Notes under the pieces: model-generated
Databases searched by the model: none
What the model was told of the DNA's origin: nothing
What the model saw: only the letters and a program-made list of their open reading frames with translations
Virus record (IMG/VR): IMGVR_UViG_3300010345_000798
Reading direction: 5' to 3' (one strand)
DNA from: a virus
DNA: 23,943 nucleotides
Made by a program: the position numbers and the translations under genes
Shown: positions 16,134-23,943 of the stretch, one piece after another
Layout: the number at the start of each line of letters is the position of its first letter
How positions within the stretch are numbered: the first letter of the stretch is position 1

Positions 16134-17420
16134 ATGAGGAGTAAATATATTCTGCGAAATGAAGGCACGATAATCAATTGGAGAGGGAACTGGGCTACTG
16201 GAGTGGATTATGCTATTGGAGATACCATCAACCAGGGAGGCATTTCTTATATATGCACCGCTCCGCATGTATCGAGTAGTGATACAGAACCGGGGGTTGG
16301 TGGATTATGGGCATCTTATTGGTCATTATTTTGTCAAGGCAGCCCAGGCCCGCAGGGTATCCAGGGGGAGCAAGGTCCGCAGGGTATCCCCGGTGGGGTG
16401 ATGAACTGGCGCGGGCTGTATAGTGAATCCACAGTATATGCCCTGAACGATGGCGTGCGGTCTGCTGAAGGATATGGTTACTATTCACTCCAGGACGATA
16501 ACATAGGTCATACGCCACCAAGAGATGGCAGCGATGATGAGTATTGGTCGTGTTTTGCGTGGTCCGGTGGAGTATATACAAGACTGGACGAGTTAGCTGC
16601 ACCGACTGATAATACTAACCTCAATGTGAACACGTCGGCACATGGTCTCTGCCCGAAGGCCCCTAATGATGCCGTTAAGGCTCTTCTCGGAGATGGATCA
16701 TGGGGTTATCCTTTGCCAGACGGATGGATACCGGCTGGGGAGACTTGGACTTATCTCTCGGCCGATGCTCCGACATTCACGTTCACCATTGCAGGTGACA
16801 AAAGAACGAAATATTACCCTGGCATGCGCTTAAAGCTAACGCATTCATCGACCACAAAGTATTTTATCATTACTGCCGTTTCATATTTCAATCCAAATAC
16901 CACCATAACTGTTTACGGCGGGACGGATTATACGCTATCTAGCGGCACCATATCTAACCCCTATTACAGCATGATGAAGGCCCCGGCCGGCTTCCCGCTA
17001 GACCCCAATAAGTGGACGGTGCAACTGGTAGATGCAACTTTGAAAGATCAACAGAATCCGACTGTTCAGGCATGGTATAACGTGGGCAGCTTATCCTTGA
17101 CAATACCGATAGGGATATGGAGGGTTTACTTCTTCTCTGATACTCAGTTATCGTTTAGTAGCGCACAGGAGTTTACACTTTCAACTACGTTATCAACGAC
17201 TAACAACGGGTGCTCTGATATCGATTTTAAGATTATGTCATATATGACTTCGATGGAAGCCTACGTAGCACCGCATACTAAAGAAAAGGTTCTAAATCTT
17301 GCCGCAAAAACGGTTTATTATCTTAATTTAATGTATTGGGCGGCGGCAGGGGCGACCCACCTTTATGTAAACGGTGAATCCGCTCCGACGATAATAAAGG
17401 CAGTTTGCTCTTACCTCTGA
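16134..17420 (+). CDS. Tail fibre/receptor-binding protein
   Basis: Two WRG.(W/Y)....Y...D CBM5/12-like repeats separated by a collagen stretch (GSPGPQGIQGEQGPQGIPG). LDELAAPTDNTNLNV..SAHGLCPK...LLGDGSW fibre motif; beta-rich C-terminal domain. Confidence 0.8.
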   Translation: MRSKYILRNEGTIINWRGNWATGVDYAIGDTINQGGISYICTAPHVSSSDTEPGVGGLWASYWSLFCQGSPGPQGIQGEQGPQGIPGGVMNWRGLYSESTVYALNDGVRSAEGYGYYSLQDDNIGHTPPRDGSDDEYWSCFAWSGGVYTRLDELAAPTDNTNLNVNTSAHGLCPKAPNDAVKALLGDGSWGYPLPDGWIPAGETWTYLSADAPTFTFTIAGDKRTKYYPGMRLKLTHSSTTKYFIITAVSYFNPNTTITVYGGTDYTLSSGTISNPYYSMMKAPAGFPLDPNKWTVQLVDATLKDQQNPTVQAWYNVGSLSLTIPIGIWRVYFFSDTQLSFSSAQEFTLSTTLSTTNNGCSDIDFKIMSYMTSMEAYVAPHTKEKVLNLAAKTVYYLNLMYWAAAGATHLYVNGESAPTIIKAVCSYL

Positions 17421-17470
17421 AGGAGACTTAAATGTCCTTATAGGAAAGCAGGCAAAAGACCCCCTCACTT

Positions 17471-17663
17471 TCAAGAGAGATGTCTTAGAAGAACTGCATC
17501 GCTTGTCCAACCGTGATATTCGAAACTTGTGTTATGGTGCACGAGCTTTTCATTGTATTCGGACCAATCTCGCTTATCTTCATATTCGCTTCTAGTCATC
17601 GACCATCTTGTATTTAATATATTAATTCAGTGGTCATATATTTAAGCATTGGTCAACATAGCA
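17471..17663 (-). mobile_element. Truncated IS5-family (IS903-like) remnant: left end plus 5' end of the transposase
   Basis: Minus-strand ORF 17599..17471 begins MTRSEYEDKRDWSEYNEKLV, like the N-terminus of archaeal IS5 transposases, then degenerates. Upstream GCTATGTTGACCA (17662-17650) resembles the IS903 IR start GGCTTTGTTGAA (recalled). Confidence 0.6.
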
Positions 17664-17670
17664 CTTCTTT

Positions 17671-17690
17671 CGAAATCCTTTAATATATAG
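17671..17690 (+). promoter_or_regulatory. Archaeal BRE/TATA promoter of the HEPN gene
   Basis: CGAAAT followed by TTTAATATA (17679-17687), ~30 nt before ATG 17716, implying a nearly leaderless transcript. Confidence 0.6.
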
Positions 17691-17715
17691 TAGTTAGCAC
17701 CTATAGCATGATTAT

Positions 17716-19122
17716 ATGGTAGAAAGTGCAATTAAACCGCTATATTTTACTGAGCACCCTAATGATCCGGTTCCATTGGTTGATGAATGTGATGTGGAAC
17801 TGAGAACTTCGTCAGTGGGGCTTATTTTTGGAAAGGGCAACATCGTATATCGATGGGCGCCAATCGAGTCTATTCGGTTTGATCTAAGCCATATTGCAGG
17901 AACACCTCCGTCCCAGCTTGCAGCTTTCTTCGACCAATCTGCTATACTCGGCCAATCTGCTATACTTAATGTCCCTCTGAATCCGCCTATTAATTTGGAA
18001 GTACGGGTAAAGAAGCATCATTTTAGTATGCATAGTGGAGAGATGCCTACGGTTAATATAGGAGGTTTGGCATTTAGAACACGGTTAGATGAAGAGCTTC
18101 TTTGTGATGAATTAAAGTTTCATCTCGTAAATCTGCATGACTACTATGGAGCCAGGATCAAGTATCCTTCTGGCCGATCATCAAACAGGCGAATTGTCTT
18201 GAGCAACGATAAGTGGGAGATTACCATTGACGCGGTTGAAAATCTAAAGGAGTTGCTAGATGAATTAGAACAAGATGGCGGATTTGCGATTACTCATGTA
18301 GGTCTGCTGAGGAAGAGGGATAATAGCACCTTTAAAGTCAAGGAGGCATTAGAACAGCTGAAGTTGCTCGGATTCTTCCTATCGTTTGTAGAAGGAAGAT
18401 GGTGTTTCCCGCGATTTATGATCGGCTTGCTGAATGGAAAAATTGTCTTCAGAGATCTTTGCGCAACTGGCAGAATTAGCCAATGGGATGAAATTTGGAG
18501 ATGGAGTCCCTCAGAAGCTTACGATCTTGATTTAGCCTACAAAGGCTTCGTGCCTAAATGGAACGACCCAAAATGGAGAGAAACGATTGCACTTATCATA
18601 GAATTCTATGTCAGAGCCAATATATATCATGTGGTAAACTTATCAGTGCTTGACTCATTTATGGCATTGGATCGCCTCGCATCAGGATATTGCTTGGAAA
18701 ATGTGAATCCTGCATCCGAAAGAATACGCCAAGCTTTAGGTAAAGCTAGACTAGCGACACGACTTCCAAGTAGCGATCTATGCAGATTTTATGGGGATTT
18801 CTATAGGATTAATTGCCCCGGAAAAATAGCAGATGGACCTAATATACTTACTGATTTTCGTCATGGCGTGGTGCATGGCAATCGACCTATTGTCGCAGGT
18901 GATAAACGGAACCGGCCAAACTTGGACGAAGACCCTGATTCGAGCAATCCAATCGTACCATTCAATCTCATGAGAGACGCGCAGAACTTCGGACTTTGGT
19001 GTGTTGAGATGTCCCTTTTATTCCTCATTGGATATAACGGGCATTACAACGATAGACTCACCAGAGCACAAGAAGTTCCGGTAAGTGGGTCCACAAATCC
19101 ATTAGCTGCGAAAAGCCCATGA
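17716..19122 (+). CDS. HEPN-domain protein (ApeA-like architecture), putative anti-viral RNase
   Basis: GGFAITHVG...LGFFLSFVEGRW middle region. Helical C-terminal region with R-x4-H motif RHGVVH (18859-18876). Lower GC; next to a type I R-M operon. Confidence 0.6.
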   Translation: MVESAIKPLYFTEHPNDPVPLVDECDVELRTSSVGLIFGKGNIVYRWAPIESIRFDLSHIAGTPPSQLAAFFDQSAILGQSAILNVPLNPPINLEVRVKKHHFSMHSGEMPTVNIGGLAFRTRLDEELLCDELKFHLVNLHDYYGARIKYPSGRSSNRRIVLSNDKWEITIDAVENLKELLDELEQDGGFAITHVGLLRKRDNSTFKVKEALEQLKLLGFFLSFVEGRWCFPRFMIGLLNGKIVFRDLCATGRISQWDEIWRWSPSEAYDLDLAYKGFVPKWNDPKWRETIALIIEFYVRANIYHVVNLSVLDSFMALDRLASGYCLENVNPASERIRQALGKARLATRLPSSDLCRFYGDFYRINCPGKIADGPNILTDFRHGVVHGNRPIVAGDKRNRPNLDEDPDSSNPIVPFNLMRDAQNFGLWCVEMSLLFLIGYNGHYNDRLTRAQEVPVSGSTNPLAAKSP

Positions 19123-19166
19123 CACCATTTGGTTGCACGTATATGCTTAGCGGGATAGGCATGAGT

Positions 19167-19266
19167 TGGAGTGCCCCTCCCCGCGTGGACAATGAGTTAA
19201 GCAACGGAGACTCATGGAGGGAAATGCCTGAGGAAGACGTGATGTCGCTACGACCGGGAATTCAAG
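19167..19266 (+). mobile_element. IS3-family left-end remnant with a frameshifted orfA fragment
   Basis: TG...CCC...GTGGACA (positions 19-25)...TAAG matches the spacing of the IS3 left IR (recalled). Then GGAGG, ATG 19224 (MPEE) and, in the +1 frame, RYDREFK typical of IS3 OrfA N-termini. Confidence 0.55.
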
Positions 19267-19358
19267 ATGCCCGCGGGCCTCAAAAAGAGGCTTGAAGCAC
19301 TCCGGGAGCGGGGCCGAGAAGAAGGGCGGGCAGATCCCGGAGACTGATCTGGAGGGAG

Positions 19359-20078
19359 TCAATAAACCCATTTCTCATGCTTGAGGGGGAAACGATTCAA
19401 CTCGTCTCGACTGATTCGCCAGGACGGCAAAAAAGCATCCATTAGTGACGTGAATCGCTCGTTATGATGCCGCTCCAGTATATGGACCATCTCATGAACA
19501 ACAATATATTCCAGGCACGGAAGTGGTTTCTTCGCCAATTCTAAATTGAACCAGATGCGCCTCGCCTCAATATTGCATGAACCCCACTTGGTCTTCATGC
19601 GCTTGACGCCCCACTCCGCAATCTGGACGCCAATTATCTCCTCCCATTTCTCTATAAGTGGGGGAATTCTTGCCTTAAGTTCCCTGCGATACCATTCGTT
19701 GAGCACTTTCTCGCGCTGTTCGGTATCCATTCCTTGCCGCACGAATAGATCCATCTTCCTTGCGCTGCGAATCTCTACTTTTGCAGGGCCATCATGTTCT
19801 ATTACGTTGAGGAGATAGCGGCGTCCAAGAAAATAATGACTCTCCCGCTGGACGAATTCTCTTTTGGATTGGCGAGGTTGCTCCTTGAAATTCCTTTTCT
19901 GCTTCTTGATCCAACTCAATTTCGAGATGACCGCCAGGCGCACAGCATCGTCATCCAATAGTAGAGGAGCGGCAACACGTACTCTACCCTCCGGTGGATA
20001 GACCCCAATATGAAGGTTCTTTATATCTTTGCGGACTAATTCGATATCAATTCCGCTGACGCTGATGCTATGTTTCAT
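19359..20078 (-). CDS. M48-family (YgjP/DUF45-like) zinc metallopeptidase associated with type I R-M
   Basis: MKTKWGSCN and YIVVHEMVH (HExxH); ATGA-coupled to hsdR. Confidence 0.92.
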   Translation of the reverse strand: MKHSISVSGIDIELVRKDIKNLHIGVYPPEGRVRVAAPLLLDDDAVRLAVISKLSWIKKQKRNFKEQPRQSKREFVQRESHYFLGRRYLLNVIEHDGPAKVEIRSARKMDLFVRQGMDTEQREKVLNEWYRRELKARIPPLIEKWEEIIGVQIAEWGVKRMKTKWGSCNIEARRIWFNLELAKKPLPCLEYIVVHEMVHILERHHNERFTSLMDAFLPSWRISRDELNRFPLKHEKWVY

Positions 20079-23000
20079 TGGTATTCTTTCTGCAGTTTCA
20101 CGACCTCGAAAATCTCATTTGTTAATGGTTCATCATCAAGAACTTTGCGTATAGCATTTCGAACTTTCTTCTCTTTGATAAGATGGCCTATCCATCCGTG
20201 TTCCTTGTTGAGCAGAACCTCTCTATCTACCTGCAACGCCAGATCTTCATTCTTGTCGAGGTTGTCATAGAGAGCACGCTTTCCCATCGTGCTTATGGAA
20301 TCAGGATATCCTGAATAGATACTTGGCGTCTTGATTTTCTTAGTCAACTCGACGATCTCTTTCAAGTACTCGGCATATTCAATCGCTTCAATCCGCCGTT
20401 TTTTTATCAATGCGTCCAATAGTGCCGACATCATATCATAGTACTTGGGGTTGACAGGTCTTTCGTTGATAATGAGTCTGCGGACATTGTTCTCGACAAC
20501 TTCCGCCACTGCTTCCTGGTTCTTGCCTATCCCCTTAGGCAGTGAGTCAAATGCCTTTTCGCCACGCTCGACTATCAGTTGGACCAGCGTCATATCATCG
20601 AGCGTCGAAACCTGCTTGCTATCCTCTGCTTGGATATAAGCATCAATGAGATGGCGCATGGCAGGTTCATAGGATTTCAGGTCGATATAGTCGCCGCTTC
20701 CCGCCTTGATCTCGTTGCGGACGTTTTCAAAGTGTTGGACCTCCTTCTTTATTGCCTCTGCCTCTGCTTTTGTATATCCCGCCTCGTTCATCTCGTTGGC
20801 GATGGCGGCATAGGCACGGATCAATGAAGCCACTGACTTGTAAAGTGCCAGGCGTTTTGGTTCATTGGATTTCAGTTGCTCGACATTTCCTGATTCCCTG
20901 GCACAGAAGTAATGCTGGTACTCAAGGGTGCCCTTTGGCGGTTCGACTGGTTCGCAAAGTGCCCGGACTTTTTCAAGTGCCTCTTCCAGGTCCTCCTTTG
21001 CCTTGTCCAAGCGGTTTGTCAGCAATCCCTTAACATCCTTGCTGTCATAGCCATCAAATGCCCCTGATGTGTAATCCTTCACCGCCTTTTCCAAGCTCCT
21101 GAATAGATCCTTGTAGTCTATGATATATCCGTACTGCTTGTCTTCGCCATCCAGGCGGTTTACCCGGCAGATTGCCTGGAACAGACCGTGGTCGCGCATC
21201 TGCTTGTCGATGTATAGGTATGTAGCTGATGGGGCATCAAAACCGGTGAGAAGTTTATCAACCACAATCAGCAGTTTCATTTGACCGGGTTCTTTGATGA
21301 ACTTTTCTTTGACCTGCTCTTCGAAGTCCTCCACCCGGTGCATTGCTTTGTCTGGCGGTTCCTTAAACCAGTCTGCCAGCATCTGGCGGTAGATCTCGTA
21401 CTGGCGGAGTTTCTCAGTCATGCCCTCGCCGCTTTCTTCACCTTTGATATCTGCAGGAGATGGTTTGTAAGAGGTCACAATGGCGCACTTGCCCTTCAAA
21501 TCTGTCTTGCTGAACAATTCATAGCATTTGCAGGCCTCGTAAATGCTATTGGTCACCAGCATGGCGTTACCATGCCCATCCATCAGTCTGGGGCGGGTTT
21601 CCATATCGAGCAGTATATCAGCGACAATCTTTTCCAGGCGTGACTGGCTGGAGAGCACCTTCTGCATAGTGCCCCAACGCTCTTTCAACTGCGCCTTGGC
21701 GAGATCGGTGAGTCCCCTGGTCTTTGCTTCGAACCACTGGTCGATCTTGGGCTGGGAAGTTATGCGCTGATCGATATCCCGCGCTTCGTATCGCAAATCC
21801 ACTACCACGCCGTCCGCCACTGCCTCATCGAATTTGTAGGTATGAATATAACGACCAAAGACCTCCAGACTTGTTTCTTTGTCTTTCTTGAGCAGTGGCG
21901 TGCCGGTGAACCCAATGAAGAGCGCATCTGGGAGGTGGCGTTTCATTGCATCATGCAGTTTTGCCGACTGGGTGCGGTGGCATTCGTCCACGAACACGAA
22001 GATATTTCCCTTAGCCCGGAAACCGGGTGGCAATGCTCTCTTCATCTCGTCAGCAAATCCATCCACATCTGCCTCTTCGCTTTCTCCCGCTTTTCCACCG
22101 AACTTGTGGATGAGAGAGCACATCAGAATGGGAAGAGCGTTATTCAAGCAGGAGATGAGGTCAGCACCGCTTTTGGTGCGGTAGATGTCTTCGTCCACGC
22201 CGTGGAAGACCGTTTCGATCTGCTTATCCAACTCGGTGCGGTCGGTGATGATCAACACGCGGGCATCGCTATAGTTCTCCCGTATCCATTTGGCGAGCCA
22301 TACCATTGTCAGGGTCTTACCGCTGCCCTGTGTATGCCAGATGATTCCGCCCTCACGACGGCGGATGAAGTCCTGTGCCGCCTTCACTCCGAAGTACTGA
22401 TTGTGACGGCAGAGTTTTTTATTCCCTGCATCGAAGATGACGAAGTCATGGATCAGTTCCAGGAGGCGAGGTTTGGAGCAGAGCTGGATCAGATGTCGGT
22501 CCAGCAGGTCTTCAATTGTGCTGCTCTCTTTCCAGGTAAGGTAGTACTTCTCCGGTGTCTCGATAGTGCCATATCGTACTCCCTGCGTGCTATTGCCTGC
22601 CATTATCAATTGAATGGTGGTGAAGAACGGCTCGATAAATTCCGGTTTTTGGTTGTCCAGGTTCTGGCGGATGCCTTCGGAAACCGATACAGTAGAACGC
22701 TTCAACTCCAGAACTGCAAGGGCAATGCCGTTCACATAAAGCACGATGTCCGGTCGTTTGGTGTATGCCTTAGCGTTTGCCGCCGGGACGGTTACCTCCT
22801 CGGCAATAGCGAAGTGGTTTTGGTCCGGGTGCTGCCAGTCGACCAACCAAACTGTGTTAGTAAGATCTCCCGCCTCCTCTTTGATCTTGACTCCATAGCG
22901 CAGCATGCCATAGACATCCTTGTTGATATCGTATAGACTGCGACTCTGGTCGCCGGCCACGCGGGTGAATTCATGCAGAGCACGATCGACGAGGCTATCT

Positions 23001-23164
23001 TTGTAACCTTTTTCCTTCAGAAATGCTCGCAGGTAACTCTCTTCGATGTTGCGGTTATCAGGGCGATCGATCCAGTTGCCCAGGTACTCGTAGTTCAGGG
23101 TGTCGCGGAATAACTCTACCACATGGTTTTGGACCGGGCGTTCGGGCGACCCAACTGGGATCAT
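20075..23164 (-). CDS. hsdR: Type I restriction endonuclease subunit R
   Basis: RPDIVLYVNG..LAVLELK nuclease motif, HTQGSGKT Walker A, DECHR, FTGTP, LLTGFDAP and QAICRVNR helicase motifs. Confidence 0.97.
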   Translation of the reverse strand: MIPVGSPERPVQNHVVELFRDTLNYEYLGNWIDRPDNRNIEESYLRAFLKEKGYKDSLVDRALHEFTRVAGDQSRSLYDINKDVYGMLRYGVKIKEEAGDLTNTVWLVDWQHPDQNHFAIAEEVTVPAANAKAYTKRPDIVLYVNGIALAVLELKRSTVSVSEGIRQNLDNQKPEFIEPFFTTIQLIMAGNSTQGVRYGTIETPEKYYLTWKESSTIEDLLDRHLIQLCSKPRLLELIHDFVIFDAGNKKLCRHNQYFGVKAAQDFIRRREGGIIWHTQGSGKTLTMVWLAKWIRENYSDARVLIITDRTELDKQIETVFHGVDEDIYRTKSGADLISCLNNALPILMCSLIHKFGGKAGESEEADVDGFADEMKRALPPGFRAKGNIFVFVDECHRTQSAKLHDAMKRHLPDALFIGFTGTPLLKKDKETSLEVFGRYIHTYKFDEAVADGVVVDLRYEARDIDQRITSQPKIDQWFEAKTRGLTDLAKAQLKERWGTMQKVLSSQSRLEKIVADILLDMETRPRLMDGHGNAMLVTNSIYEACKCYELFSKTDLKGKCAIVTSYKPSPADIKGEESGEGMTEKLRQYEIYRQMLADWFKEPPDKAMHRVEDFEEQVKEKFIKEPGQMKLLIVVDKLLTGFDAPSATYLYIDKQMRDHGLFQAICRVNRLDGEDKQYGYIIDYKDLFRSLEKAVKDYTSGAFDGYDSKDVKGLLTNRLDKAKEDLEEALEKVRALCEPVEPPKGTLEYQHYFCARESGNVEQLKSNEPKRLALYKSVASLIRAYAAIANEMNEAGYTKAEAEAIKKEVQHFENVRNEIKAGSGDYIDLKSYEPAMRHLIDAYIQAEDSKQVSTLDDMTLVQLIVERGEKAFDSLPKGIGKNQEAVAEVVENNVRRLIINERPVNPKYYDMMSALLDALIKKRRIEAIEYAEYLKEIVELTKKIKTPSIYSGYPDSISTMGKRALYDNLDKNEDLALQVDREVLLNKEHGWIGHLIKEKKVRNAIRKVLDDEPLTNEIFEVVKLQKEYQ

Positions 23165-23943
23165 GCTGCACCTCCCTCCACCAACCGGATGCGCCCGGTG
23201 AGCAGTTCTTGCATCATGCCCTGCTTTAAGGCGATGGTCTTCTCCCGACGCTTTTCTAGAGCGGCGATCTCGGCATCCATATCGGAGAGTGTAGATGCCA
23301 CAGCAAGTTGTTCCTCAAAAGATGGAACTCGAAGTTTAAATTCAAGAAAAGTCGGCAATCTGAGTGAGTCTACTGTCGCTTTAACGCTATTACGCATTGC
23401 CTCTTTATTGAAGAATTGCTGCATGTAATAATAAATATATTTCCCATAATTATCATAATTAAAATCACTTATTTTATATACTCGTTGATGATAGTCGAAC
23501 TTACCAAAAATGTAGTGAAATATGCTGCCAATTCCGCCCTCTCCTGGAACAAGTATCGCTTCCCCATCATAAGAATAAGAATTGATGCGTTCAACAGTTT
23601 GAGAACGCACAAAAAATGGGTAAATTCCATCTTCAACCTTATCGTCATTATTCCTCTTTCCAGTATTAATTTGTGCAATATCACCAAGTCTCCGAATTTC
23701 CCACTCACCACTAAATCCCGGCAGTCGTCTCTTTCCCGTGAGCAGTTCCTGCATGGCGGCGCGCTTGATGTCGCGCTTCTTGGCGATGAGTCGATCCAGC
23801 GCGGCAATGAGAGCATCCACATCGCCGAGGACGGCGGCGATGGCACGCTGTTCTGCTAAAGGGGGTAAGGGTATAGGAATCAGTTTGACTATTGTTGCTG
23901 TGTAGCTCTGCTGTTTAGTGCCCTGGCAATATTTAAGTGCTAA
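23161..23943 (-). CDS. hsdS: Type I R-M specificity subunit S (5'-partial)
   Basis: Frame is open to the window end. IPLPPLAEQRAIA, MQELLTG (twice) and PSFEEQLAVASTLSDMDAEI conserved regions flank a TRD. Confidence 0.95.
   Translation of the reverse strand, partial: LALKYCQGTKQQSYTATIVKLIPIPLPPLAEQRAIAAVLGDVDALIAALDRLIAKKRDIKRAAMQELLTGKRRLPGFSGEWEIRRLGDIAQINTGKRNNDDKVEDGIYPFFVRSQTVERINSYSYDGEAILVPGEGGIGSIFHYIFGKFDYHQRVYKISDFNYDNYGKYIYYYMQQFFNKEAMRNSVKATVDSLRLPTFLEFKLRVPSFEEQLAVASTLSDMDAEIAALEKRREKTIALKQGMMQELLTGRIRLVEGGAA

Noticed and set aside
16134-17420. Possible diversity-generating retroelement target at the fibre C-terminus
   Set aside because: No reverse transcriptase is present. The similar segment at 16084-16122 is short and differs at non-adenine positions, so it is not a template/variable repeat pair.
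19167-19205. CRISPR-repeat-like CCCCGCG sequence
   Set aside because: Single copy with no spacers; fits an IS3 inverted repeat better.
19277-19291. GCCTC-AAAAA-GAGGC hairpin between convergent genes as a terminator
   Set aside because: Only a 5-bp stem with no adjacent U-tract; too weak to call.
21842-22936. 364-aa + strand ORF, plus other ORFs opposite hsdR/hsdS
   Set aside because: Entirely antisense to a well-supported hsdR, with no recognisable motifs; a shadow ORF.

Overview
Bases 1-~17430 are the morphogenesis module of a long-tailed, siphovirus-type head-tail virus, probably an integrated provirus. All genes are on the + strand and most are translationally coupled: protease/scaffold (in frame with an upstream MuF-like motif), capsid cement, HK97-fold major capsid, neck genes, two tail-tube paralogues, a G/GT-type chaperone pair, tape measure, baseplate hub, Dit-like protein and fibre. 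No sheath, endolysin, integrase or att site is visible. The host is inferred to be an archaeon, probably a methanogen (Methanomicrobia/Methanothrix-like). This rests on GAGGTGAT/GGTG ribosome-binding sites, a BRE-TATA promoter, a sequon-rich surface protein and a methanogen-type IS5 remnant. From ~17430 on lies a defence-like region: a HEPN (R-x4-H) protein between two IS scars, then a convergent type I R-M operon (hsdS partial, hsdR, M48 peptidase). The most unusual features: (i) a miniature paralogue of the fibre gene whose frame continues through a TAG to a C-terminus matching the fibre's; (ii) a membrane-protein cassette inside the neck operon, a candidate archaeal egress module; (iii) a second tail-tube gene with a ~180-aa insertion; (iv) an apparent MuF-protease-scaffold polyprotein. 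All family assignments come from motif recognition by eye; no searches were run.
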